DNA from: Phoronis australis
Lineage: Eukaryota; Animalia; Phoronida
Assembly: GCA_002633005.1 (NCBI GenBank)
Contig: NMRA01000132.1
Span: forward strand, 664,882-728,881
Length of the DNA stretch: 64,000 nucleotides
Direction: 5' to 3'
The notes beneath the pieces are model-generated. The model was not told the DNA's origin and did no database searches. It was given only the letters and a program-made list of their open reading frames with translations. Shown in pieces: positions 41,035 to 53,200 of the stretch. A program made the translations under genes and the position numbers. Positions within the stretch are counted from its first letter, which is position 1, and each line of letters begins with the position of its first letter.

Positions 41035-42085
41035 GTGAGCCAAGGTCAAGGCTGCCATGTTTACCGTGCAAAGACACAGGCTTTTTGGTTTGCTTTCTTG
41101 TAAAGGCTTATATTTTACTTTGCTCGTTAAACCCCTTCCAGAACGTCTTTANNNNNNNNNNNNNNNNNNNNNNNNNNNNNNNNNNNNNNNNNNNNNNNNN
41201 NNNNNNNNNNNNNNNNNNNNNNNNNNNNNNNNNNNNNNNNNNNNNNNNNNNNNNNNNNNNNNNNNNNNNNNNNNNNNNNNNNNNNNNNNNNNNNNNNNNN
41301 NNNNNNNNNNNNNNNNNNNNNNNNNNNNNNNNNNNNNNNNNNNNNNNNNNNNNNNNNNNNNNNNNNNNNNNNNNNNNNNNNNNNNNNNNNNNNNNNNNNN
41401 NNNNNNNNNNNNNNNNNNNNNNNNNNNNNNNNNNNNNNNNNNNNNNNNNNNNNNNNNNNNNNNNNNNNNNNNNNNNNNNNNNNNNNNNNNNNNNNNNNNN
41501 NNNNNNNNNNNNNNNNNNNNNNNNNNNNNNNNNNNNNNNNNNNNNNNNNNNNNNNNNNNNNNNNNNNNNNNNNNNNNNNNNNNNNNNNNNNNNNNNNNNN
41601 NNNNNNNNNNNNNNNNNNNNNNNNNNNNNNNNNNNNNNNNNNNNNNNNNNNNNNNNNNNNNNNNNNNNNNNNNNNNNNNNNNNNNNNNNNNNNNNNNNNN
41701 NNNNNNNNNNNNNNNNNNNNNNNNNNNNNNNNNNNNNNNNNNNNNNNNNNNNNNNNNNNNNNNNNNNNNNNNNNNNNNNNNNNNNNNNNNNNNNNNNNNN
41801 NNNNNNNNNNNNNNNNNNNNNNNNNNNNNNNNNNNNNNNNNNNNNNNNNNNNNNNNNNNNNNNNNNNNNNNNNNNNNNNNNNNNNNNNNNNNNNNNNNNN
41901 NNNNNNNNNNNNNNNNNNNNNNNNNNNNNNNNNNNNNNNNNNNNNNNNNNNNNNNNNNNNNNNNNNNNNNNNNNNNNNNNNNNNNNNNNNNNNNNNNNNN
42001 NNNNNNNNNNNNNNNNNNNNNNNNNNNNNNNNNNNNNNNNNNNNNNNNNNNNNNNNNNNNNNNNNNNNNNNNNNNNNNNNNNNNN

Positions 42086-45000
42086 ACTGGTTATGAATGC
42101 TTTACCTATAATAAGACTGGAGACTGGTGTGTGCTGTGCTGCCACCTGGAGCCAGCCACCAGGAGCTGCGCACAAGTCGACGCATACTCTTGACTTCTGC
42201 AGAAATTCAAACTTTCTGTTGAGCTGCAGTAACTTAAAGGCTGACCTGGCACGATAACCTAGAAAAGTAGAAACAACAGAGTAAATATATTTGGAAACAC
42301 AAAGAGTTGCAATGCAACCTTAATGAATACATAATTCCAATTTCATGCATACATTATCCTGAGATGAGGCGGAATTCCAAATTCAAGCACAACACCAGGA
42401 CACTGGCAGTAGCTTTGCTCATACGACACACTAGGAGTGACGGGTTGCCTGTCTGGAAACCAGTGTGCAGACATGAGGGCATTGCAGGAGTGTGGACGAC
42501 ATGGAAGGTGTGAGAAACTCTCTCTCACACATCTGCAGAGGTACGGTAGAGCTAACCAATAGGTGGTTGTTGTGTGACTGGATTGGCAACTTCCGAGACA
42601 GAAAATGCACTGAAACAAATTCACGACCAGAACTTCCCAAATCCCCTGCCAAGAATAAAAGAATAATGGCAGATACCGTTGCATTGGCAGGACACTGAAA
42701 AGGAATCGTTCAGGTCAAAATAGATTTCAGACAGGCACCCATCGCCATCCTGAAGAACAGCTGACCATGAGCAGGTACCGGCAGGCATCATCCAAAAAAA
42801 TCTCTTCAGTTGAAGGGTCAGTGCTTAGATCTGGTGCAGATCATGGGTATGGTTTGTAACTGGTCTCCTCACATTCATTTCCATCTATGACGTAAATGAG
42901 AACTTCTTACTCATGCAGTGAGTGTAGTTGTGTAGTGAGATGTTATTTGACCTGTCTCACCACTGCGCTGGCTTACTGCCACGCATGCCCTCTGTTGGCA
43001 TTGAAGGACGACTATTGTACGTCTAGGACTAGGAGACTGCCGACATTGACTGTCCTGACCTGACCTGACCAATATGCCGGTGATGGCCGAGGGCACAACA
43101 TGAACATTCACTGATTCAGCAGCCCTGCGGGCCATACAGGTGCTGGGTTATAGGGCAGGATTGATAACCAGACCGCACACCAACCAGACGTATTCAGCTC
43201 GGACCACAGAATGTAAGGTAAGACTGTGTAAGAGTGATGTAACTTACAGTGTAAGACATCTTGAGATTTTACTGCAGCCGAGTCACATTGAATCTCTTGC
43301 CGCCAAGTGGAGGGCAAAAGTCAAGTCAAGTTCCTCTGGGAGCAAGCACACTACACCAGCGTACGTATTCACAATGCTAGCGCTGAAATCTTGATTATTT
43401 ACCCCGAACTAAAACATTGACATTGTACTACTGATAGGGAGGACAAACAAAAAGTAGGTCACGGTGCTCCATATCTGCCTCCGTGTAAAACCCACGTCGC
43501 TAAATTACCCAATTTCAGACTTTAAAGTTAAGTATAAGACAATTTTGTGTTATAAATCCTTACCTTAGTCTTTATTTGTAAGTTTGTAATCTTTTTGTCT
43601 CAAATTATCGCTGATAAATCATTTTTTGTAAGCTTTTTTTAGCGCACGATTTTCCGCCGTGCGATCAACTTTCGAAAAAGATACAAACATGAAATTTGGA
43701 CAGGATGTAGTTTAGATGCGTGCGCATCTCCTCAAGTTGTTTTCTCGAAGTCAAGGCCAAGTTTTCATGGCGAGTTTTCGATCGTCCGGAAGGCCTAATT
43801 TTGGTCGGTTGGGAGATTGATGTTTTTCCAATTGCGCAATATGCCCCCCCCGATTTTTAGATGAGGAAATTATTACTCTTTTAATTGGTAATTATTTAAT
43901 TTTCAGAAATTCTGCCAAACTGCTGCGCATTGGCACTTTTCAAACAGCAGTCGTTAGTTCACTAAGTCGCCGCATGTCAGCGCCACCAGCGGTTACGTTG
44001 AAGTCCAATGGCATCGCAACTTCACCGTTCGAAATAAAGTTGTTACAAAGTTTCTGTTCAAGCGTAAATGATGAAATCCTTCATGTTAAGAGTGATTTGT
44101 TTTCCCAAATGGTCTTTTGTCTACTTTCTGATGTTTTTTGCCATGATACGATCTAATAGTACATGGGTGGCACCCAGCACTGAAAAAAGTGGGGAGCTAT
44201 AGCCTCCCCCAGCCCCCTGTCACTGTCAGGCAATCATGTGTTGCCCATGTAGCAGTATTCAGGGGCAGATCTAGGATTTTTAGATAGGAGGGGGGCAGGG
44301 CAGAGTATTAGGCAGGATTTTATCCGTAAGATATTTGCACCCTCAAACTGCCAAATGAAATATGGGAGTTTTAGGGGGGCGACGGGCCAGGCCCCCTTGC
44401 CCCCCCCATATCCACCAATGTGATCTTGTGATTTGATGTGAAATTTCATCCTAGCTCAGATGTATTTATTTCTGAGCTGATGTGGTGTCTTTGCTCTTTA
44501 CCTTTTAAGCTGTGTAATCCATTGTTTTCATCAAACACTGAGCCTGTTCTATATGCTATAACAACACACTTAAACAGCAATATCTCTGTAGAAATCGATC
44601 CAAAATTTGTGTAATACACACCACCATGTTTGTCTCAATGAGACGAATCTTTTTATATGCAGCACATGTATATTCCTTTATTTTTTTATGAAATTATGTA
44701 AAAAGGCAGATATTTTACGCATAATCGTCGCGTTTCAACGGCCATTTTCTCGTCAACCGCTCATCCAATTTTTCTGATATTTGCACCATTTCATTTCTCA
44801 TACCACCAAGGGCTTTTCAAAAATGTATGACACATGGGTATTGTAAAAAAATTTAAAAAACGTTGTCCTCCCTACTACTGAATCGTGATAACCATGCCTG
44901 GCTTAGTTTAGTAGAGTGGCTTTAAAACTCACCCGTTTCCTTCGCCAGTTGGTAGAACTTGTCTTTCCTGGCCTTCCCAATTTTCGCTTTCTTCCCCATA

Positions 45001-47285
45001 CTTACGCTGATAAGATCGAAAGCCTTAAGTCAATTTGAATAGTTGAAATAATCCAAATTTTCAGATTAAATTTAACATGTGTATCACGAACCACATGCAC
45101 ATGTGTACTAATGAGTGACGTAAACAGCCTTGCGTTCCGTAAAACTAGAATCTCGCAAAAACGAAGAAATACACAAAACTTCGCGAGATTTTTCTGTGGA
45201 TTAGCCACGAAGCACGTGGTCTCATTAGCTTCCATTGCGAGGCTTTTGCATCCACGAAACTCAGCCTAAAGCAAATTTCGGTGACGTACTTCGCATAAAT
45301 TTATCCCGCCATATTGGTAGAAGCGTGACCGGTGTTCGTATGTGAAAGAAACTTGGTAATTGTTTGTATTGTACTGCATTTTGAACAAATTAATCTTTAT
45401 TTTATAAGAAAATTGACCATTTGATTCTTAGTGTGTTTGTTTTTCCAATTAAACTGACTCGATTTAAGATTTGGACCTCCATATTTTTGCCTTGTGCTCA
45501 ATGCCACGAACAGGCAGCATGGCCGAACAGAAAGGCGAAATTCTGAAAATTAATGTGCTTCATTTTGCCATTTTGGACGATATTCACTGGCTCATAACTA
45601 TTAACACACAGAATAATGAACGTGACACTTATTTCTTTCTGGTGATATTCAACAAACAGCAAAGCCAGCTGTATTTGACAAATGTGGGCACTTCAATCAA
45701 GATCACGTCCGAGGGGTCCCCTATTATAAACTTCCCTTACTTTGGTTGGCCTATACAGTAAAATTAAATGGCGATATATGAATTTATTCGCTTTGTTATT
45801 GATTGGCTACCACAATGCACTCACATTTTCATGAAAACGTTAAGATTTGTTGAGGTATTCAACAACAAAGTTCGCCTCCTCAGCATTTCCTTTGGTACGA
45901 AATGTATCTGCAAAAACACAAAGTTTTCTTGAGCCAAACAGATGTGTGCGATAATAAGAGTTTTCTGTTGAATAAAACATGTCTAATATTAATGGCATTT
46001 TCCAAAATATGAGAATTTTTGAGAAATGTTTGGCCCTTGGCCTTGTAGGGCCTACCCATTTCGTGGACTGTGAATATCCATATGGCAAATATTTATTGTT
46101 ATCTCAAACTCACAGGCCGTCCAAAAATGACGCAACTTTACTTGCTAGAGTTGTTCTTCAGCAATATCTCTGATTTGTACATATTTTCAGTTGTGCAACT
46201 TTTATTTGTGTGCTTTGGCCTGTGCGCAGCTCCTGGTGTCTGGCTCCAGGTGGCAGCACAGCACAAACTCACTTTCATCTAAGTAATGTTACACCCACAG
46301 AGATAATTTTATGGTTATCGAAGTTTCTCGTGTGAATGCTTGAGAAATGTTGTAGTGAAGAAAATTAGCCCCCATTCTATGTGCCATGGGGAACTATTCT
46401 AGAAGACCTGTGCATTTTGTCAACGGTCCCAAAATCTGCTTTGCAGGTAAATTCTACCATGTCACGTTTCTTCGCTGCATCATCATCAGAGAGCGAGAGC
46501 TCATCAGATGAAGAGGAGGTACTACCAACACAACCTCAACAAGTCAAAAGGTAACGTAACTAGCGATATCACATTGAACTTGAACTTTTCAAGTACCCTA
46601 AGAGTATACCACTGACATCAATACAGGGCTGAGTTCCATAAGACTACTGAAAGTTTGGCGACATCATGCGAGTCTTCACGGGATATTGGCTTCCATCACA
46701 AGGGAAGCACATGGTCTCACTAGGTTTTAGTGATAAGCGTCTGTGTTCCGGAACTAACCCTTAATCACGTACGACTATTTTACTTGGACAGTATTCATAG
46801 TAAAGTCATGTTCTCAAGTCTGTGATGAAAACGTTGAGCTTGGTATTATGAAACCAGTGTTATTAAATGCTAGGACCGAGGTCTTTTACAAGTAGAATGC
46901 TGCATCTGAGTAGTTGACTTGTTGATGACCCTTGACCTTCTGTTATTGTGATCTTTGACCTTGTAATGAATTCATTGTTGTCGAATAGTATTCATGCAAT
47001 TGTTTTCTGCGTGCTTCAGGGCCCAACTGCTGTCAGTGAGTGATGAAGAAGATGATGTTAAACGCGTGGTGCGTAGTGCCAAAGATAAACGGTTCGATGA
47101 GATGCGCAACATTATCAAGCAGATGAAGAACCACAAAAAGATTAAGGACATGTCCAACATCCTCACAGGTGAGCCAAGGTCAAGGCTGCCATGTTTACTG
47201 TGCAAAGACACAGGCTTTTTGGTTTGCTTTCTTGTAAAGGCTTATATTTTACTTTACTCGTTAAACCCCTTCCAGAACGTCTTTA
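42086..47285. repeat. Near-identical tandem copy of 37361-41151, including FTSJ3 exons 1-2 at 44933-44999 and 42106-42258; probably an uncollapsed haplotype
   Basis: Colinear with scattered SNPs and indels plus one 1.4-kb insertion; the two copies are separated by an N gap. Confidence 0.85.
43435..44874. mobile_element. hAT-like non-autonomous element with nested MITE, absent from the other haplotype
   Basis: TIR TAGGGAGGACAA/TTGTCCTCCCTA; flanking duplication CTACTGA (7 bp, or ACTACTGA 8 bp if the terminal A is counted as TSD); empty site at about 38737-38750. Confidence 0.85.
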
Positions 47286-50200
47286 ACCTTTACCAGCCAC
47301 TAGTTTGAGTAGAACACATAAGAACTTTGTTCTGTTTTAGCAATGTAGAAATCATCCCTGTATTCAGACGTTGGCTTGGAAACATAAAAGTCGCAAATGT
47401 GAGTGATGCAGTGGAACTGAACAAAATGCACCCACTTACAATTGGTTGCTTATGCTATCATCGTTATGTGTCGGCCATTTGCTGGTATATCTCAGTAACC
47501 CTTGATGGATGTTCACGAAATTTTGCAGACGTGTTTCTTTCATGGATGGGGTGGCACAGGAGAATTTTCGAACAATAATATCAGGGATATGGAATGAACG
47601 TTCACGATTGGTACATTGTGACATTTGCTCTGTGTGACTGACTGGGCTAATGATGAAAACCTTCGAGCCTAATGTATCTGATATCTTGTGATATTAAATG
47701 ATAGGACTGAAGCCCATGTAATCATTCACTGTATTCTGTTTGGAAGAGGTCCTTATCGTGATACTACCTCGCTTGAACTCTTTGTTGTAGATTTTGAGGG
47801 TCTTTGCAAGGCATTTGATAAAGCCAAGAAGGTTGTTGAACAGGAGGGAATACCCAGGTTCTATATTAGGTGTGTGGTGGAACTTGAGGACTTTGTCAAT
47901 GAGGTAATTTTACTCTAAATGTGCCACTGGTTAATTTTATTCAGAGGGTGGATATCTCACAGGTTTTGTTGTGCAATTCATCGCTTTTAAAACTTTCAGA
48001 AAGAAAGAAACTAATCGGTTAAGTTCCTTAGCGTGAGATTTTTGAAAATTTGGATATATACATCAGAGGATGAACATAGTCATTCATACAGATGGAAAAA
48101 TGAAATACTGTTTTTTCGTAACAACTTAGCTGAAATTGTTAATTCAAGTATTTCTTCCAGGAGATAAGGTTTCTGTTTTGTCGCTATCACTGTTGAAAAA
48201 TCTTTGTGTTATTACTATAATTGTAACCGTGGTTGTTGCTGTGACCAAGCTGTATTTACAGCTTGTGTTGCCAATGACAACTAACACACCAATGACATTG
48301 GTTGCAGTGCTGGGAGGACAGAGATGGCAGGAAACAGATGAGCAAAAACAATGCCAAGGGTCTTACTACACTGCGTGGTAAACTGAAGAAGTATGTGAGG
48401 GACTTTGAGAAGGATATGGCTGAATATAGAAAGGTGGGTGTTTGTCAACAGCTGAGGGCTGTTCCAGTAAAATCCGTGTGGGAGGGGGGGCGGACGGCAG
48501 TAGAAATAAAAATTCATGGGTGGTGGTCTTCAGAAAAAAACTCAAATTATGGGTGGTCGTTCCTGTAAGAAGTGATGCATTAAAAATGGGTGGTATTTTT
48601 TAACCTGTTAATGTTGACAGGTTGGTTACTTCAGCCATCAAAACTCAAAAAAATGCAATTGGCATGTATACTAACTTATCCCAATACAAAAAGCCCATAT
48701 TGCCAGTGAACAGAGTGCAATATGTTCACTAAGCCATTAATCAAGTCATGGGCAACTTGATTTGAGCCAGCTGTTTGTCTGCAGTCCTGTTGAATTGAAA
48801 AGTTANNNNNNNNNNNNNNNNNNNNNNNNNNNNNNNNNNNNNNNNNNNNNNNNNNNNNNNNNNNNNNNNNNNNNNNNNNNNNNNNNNNNNNNNNNNNNNN
48901 NNNNNNNNNNNNNNNNNNNNNNNNNNNNNNNNNNNNNNNNNNNNNNNNNNNNNNNNNNNNNNNNNNNNNNNNNNNNNNNNNNNNNNNNNNNNNNNNNNNN
49001 NNNNNNNNNNNNNNNNNNNNNNNNNNNNNNNNNNNNNNNNNNNNNNNNNNNNNNNNNNNNNNNNNNNNNNNNNNNNNNNNNNNNNNNNNNNNNNNNNNNN
49101 NNNNNNNNNNNNNNNNNNNNNNNNNNNNNNNNNNNNNNNNNNNNNNNNNNNNNNNNNNNNNNNNNNNTGCAACACTAAACTGGTGTTAACACATATAAGA
49201 AAATTGATGATTTTTAAATAAAAAGTATGAGGAGTAAGAAAAACAAGTTCCAATATTCACTTGACCTAGAAGTATAAAAGAGTTCGTGGAGACAGAGATT
49301 CATAGATCCTTATAATTGAAAAAATGTTCATTGAAATTATAGACACATGGTGAACAGAGACACCTGGTGGCTGCCAAAAGTATTGCTCACAGGCTACTTT
49401 AGTTTTTGACAATGTTGGACAAGACAACTAGTTCTTGTCTGTCAATCATCTAAGTTCTTAACAGGTCCTCCTGGAGGCAATTTGTTTGCAAGTGTTGGAT
49501 TTTGTATTTTAACTTATTAAAAATAATTAAAAAATTATGGGTCATGGGTTGGAGAAATAAATGAAAAATATGGGCGGTGGGTACGAAATAAAAGTGCCTT
49601 CCCCCTCTCATACAGATTTCGCTGGAACAGCCCTGAGTCCTGAAAGACTGACTAGAGCTGTTTTGTTGTTTTAATGATTTCTTAGTAAAACCATTAGTGG
49701 TGGGCATGAAAAACTTGCTTTTCTGGAAACACAGGTATTCAGAATGGCATCAGGTAGTGCAGCTATAATTGTGTACCTTTGATAGCCCTGTGTGTATAGT
49801 AAACTTTGCTCTTGTCACAAAAACAATGGGCGACTGTCTAGAAATTCAAAAATGTAATGTAAAATTTGACAAAAAATGGTAAAACTAATGTTAGCAAATA
49901 ATGAGTATTGTAACAGTTTAGCTTTCATATTTTTCATGGTCACAAGCTTGAGATGCGTGTTCAAGATCAGTTAAGCTCAGTCTCGGTGTTAAAACATGCA
50001 GCTCAGTTCAGTTAGGCAAAAATGGCCTCTTTATGTTTTCATTGAACATTAAGAAAATGTAACGTTCGTGTTCCTTAAACCTAGAGTGTGTGTATTTGTA
50101 GAACCCTGATGAAGGCGAGGAAGTGTCGGAAGAAGGTAGGTCTTCGACTCTAGTACAGAGAAAATACATCAAAATCAGTGTATGGTGAAGTTATTACAGT

Positions 50201-53200
50201 GAAACAATTTGTTGACTGTATTTTTTTGACAGTTTACATAAATAATTAAGTTCCTTTACTGTGTCGCAAAGCTCATGGACAAGTGAAACTGCGTGTTGCA
50301 TGAAAATATTAAAGTCATGAATTTGGGGAGCATGGATGTCTGTCTATACATATGATGTGTCTTTAATAGAAAGTTTTGTTTGATTCTTATAACAATCCCC
50401 TGGTCACTGATAAGACCAATCACTGGTGTAGCATGGAGTTTGGTTCTTGCGTTAATGTAGTGTGATTATGCTCTCCAGAAGTTGAAGAGGAGTCTGAGCC
50501 AGAGCCCGAACCAACCACCTTCGTGGCACACGCACCGCCCAAGCCCGACTTCAAGAGTAAACCTCCGCGGGAAGTTGGCTCTGGCGACGAGTCGGACGAC
50601 AGCACAGACTGGGGATCGTCCGAATCGGAGTCGTCGTCGTCTGAGGACGAGGATCAATATAAAGATAATCCATCTGCTAAGTTTCTCAAGAAGTAGGTTG
50701 GATTTGGTTTGTTTTAAGGATGTTGTTGAAAATGGTGTCTTGTGGTTTTGTACATTGGCTGAGCTGATGAAGTAGGCATCAAGCTCTGTATCAGGTTAGA
50801 CATAAACTGTGTCTCTGTATGAATATGTAGAAATCTTTTCAGACTTAGGTTCATTAGGTCTCATGATGTGGTCAACAGGTGGCGTGCAGACCAGACTTCA
50901 AATGTTTGCGATCTGTATTTGTTTCTATAGAAAACCAACTGAGGTTGACAAGGAGAAGGCAGAGAAGCCGAAGAAAGAGAAGAAGAGGAGAGAGAAGAAG
51001 GTGGAAGAAGAGGATGATGAAGAGTGGACAGAAGTGAAAGGGGGTGCACCAATGATTCAGGTGAGAGGCCTTGGCATATGTATTCCTATGAATGTCTAAA
51101 GCATCCATGTTATAATGGTTTGTGGATGATCTGACTACTTCAGTGCTCCCTGGTGGCATTTTTGTGTCGAGTTCATTATCTACCACCTTCCTTGATGGAT
51201 GTTCATGAAACGTGGTATGTGTTTTTGTAGAGTCGCCTGGTATCAATTTTGTTTTTGCATTTGCCTTGCTATCTACCAAGTTGGACAGCCGTAGTGCCCT
51301 CTGTTGTCCATTTTTGTTACTGACAAGACATTGGATGTCTATTGTTGTAAAAATGGCTTGACAGTTTGATACAGCGTAGAGCTGTATGGCTTGGATGTGT
51401 CAGCACCAACCAATTTTCAGCTTTGACCAAGTTGGACTTCCTTTATATATTACGCGATACTGTTCAACAATCCTAGAGGCACAGTGTTTGCGGCGCAGTA
51501 GTCACAGGCGAATTTTGATTCCTGTCTTTGCGTTGCTCTTGTTGAGAAACGTCTTTTCAAAAGATGTCGTGTTGGATTGTATAGTTAAAGTTGTCATTAT
51601 CATTGTTATCATTCTAACAACTGCTAATGCACCTACTTCTCAGGAGAAGCCCAAAATGTTTGCCAAGGATCAGGAGATCAATTGTGAGGTGGTCATAAAG
51701 AAACTCATGGAGATCATAGCCGCTCGTGGCAAGAAGGGCACCGATCGCACTGAACAGATCGACCTCTTGACTGAACTGCAGGAGGTGGCCAAAGCCAACA
51801 ATCTCGGTAACGGCATCCACGTGAAGATTATGTTCCACATCATTGCTGCTGTTTACGATTACAATCCTAACATCTCCACGTGCATGAAGTCGGATATCTG
51901 GCTCAAGTGAGTTTTTACACGTCATAATTTAGTTTAGAAAAAGAGACGTCAAAGAAATTTGCTTTTTTTGTCATTGCCAGTAAGAAAGTTGGTGGAAATG
52001 CTTCTTTGTCGGCTGTATGGGAGTTAAGCGAGCTGTTATGGCGGTCCTTCCTGGGGAGCTCAGATTAAAGATTTTTTACTTCGAAAGTTTTCTGTCCTTG
52101 GTAGTTCTAATGGCCTGTGATTGATGGCTGTGGCGTTCTTTTATTTGCGGTTAACTATAATTTTGTCATTGATCATTGGGTGCATAGCACACTGGTACTT
52201 GTTGTTTGTATTGACACGCATGTGTTTTCTTTCTCCCAGAAATNAGACGTCAAAGAAATTTGCTTTTTTTTGTCATTGCCAGTAAGAAAGTTGGTGGAAA
52301 TGCTTCTTTGTCGGCTGTATGGGAGTTAAGCGAGCTGTTATGGCGGTCCTTCCTGGGGAGCTCAGATTAAAGATTTTTTACTTCGAAAGTTTTCTGTCCT
52401 TGGTAGTTCTAATTGCCTGTGATTGATGGCTGTGGCGTTCTTTTATTTGCGGTTAACTATAATTTTGTCATTGATCATTGGGTACATAGCACACTGGTAC
52501 TTGTTGTTTCTATTGACACGCATGTGTTTTCTTTCTCCCAGAAATGTCTAACATTTTTATATTTCCTGATGATGATATACACAGACCTGTCCTGAAATTT
52601 TGATGACAGACTTGTATCTGAAGACAAAAGAATGGAACTGAAATGTTTTTCTGAGATTTTGTTGCCAGATTTTTCCCAGATTTCTCACTTGAGTCGACTG
52701 TGTTGTCGTTGCTGTACAGGTGTTTGGGGAATATCAGGGAGTTGCTGGAAATGCTTATAGAGCACTCGGATGACATCACAGTGAGCCAGTATATCCCAGA
52801 GGACCGTGAGAACGTAGAAACGGCACCCTACCGGGTGAGGGGCTGCATGATGACCATGGTGCAGCGGATGAACGAAGAGTTCACAAAGATGTTACAGGCG
52901 TGTGACGCTCACAGCACAGAATACGTCGACAGGTAAGTCAACAACGCACGTTTTCAGTAAAGGTGATTAATCATCTCGTTTTGTGTCAGTTGTTCGTCAT
53001 GAATGTGAAATTCAAGTTGCGTTTCTGTACAGGTCCTATGGTAGCTCTATGGATTGGTGCTTTGGGTGTTTGTTTTCTCCTATGACGATTTCCACAGACC
53101 TGTCCTGATGTTTGATGACAGATTTTATTCCGAGGAGATCCCTGTTGCTTAGTAATGTCTAACAATCGATATTGGTGCTTTTGTTCTCTCATGCTGCTGC

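Noticed and set aside
40860-42257. 465-aa ORF joining EIF3C exon 2 to sequence beyond the gap
   Set aside because: Open only because of Ns; the distal part is antisense to FTSJ3 exon 2.
51076-51110. GTATTCCTA...AAAGCAT resembling U17/snR30 m1/m2 motifs
   Set aside because: Both motifs mismatch and lie only about 20 nt from the donor, leaving no room for the 5' part of U17.
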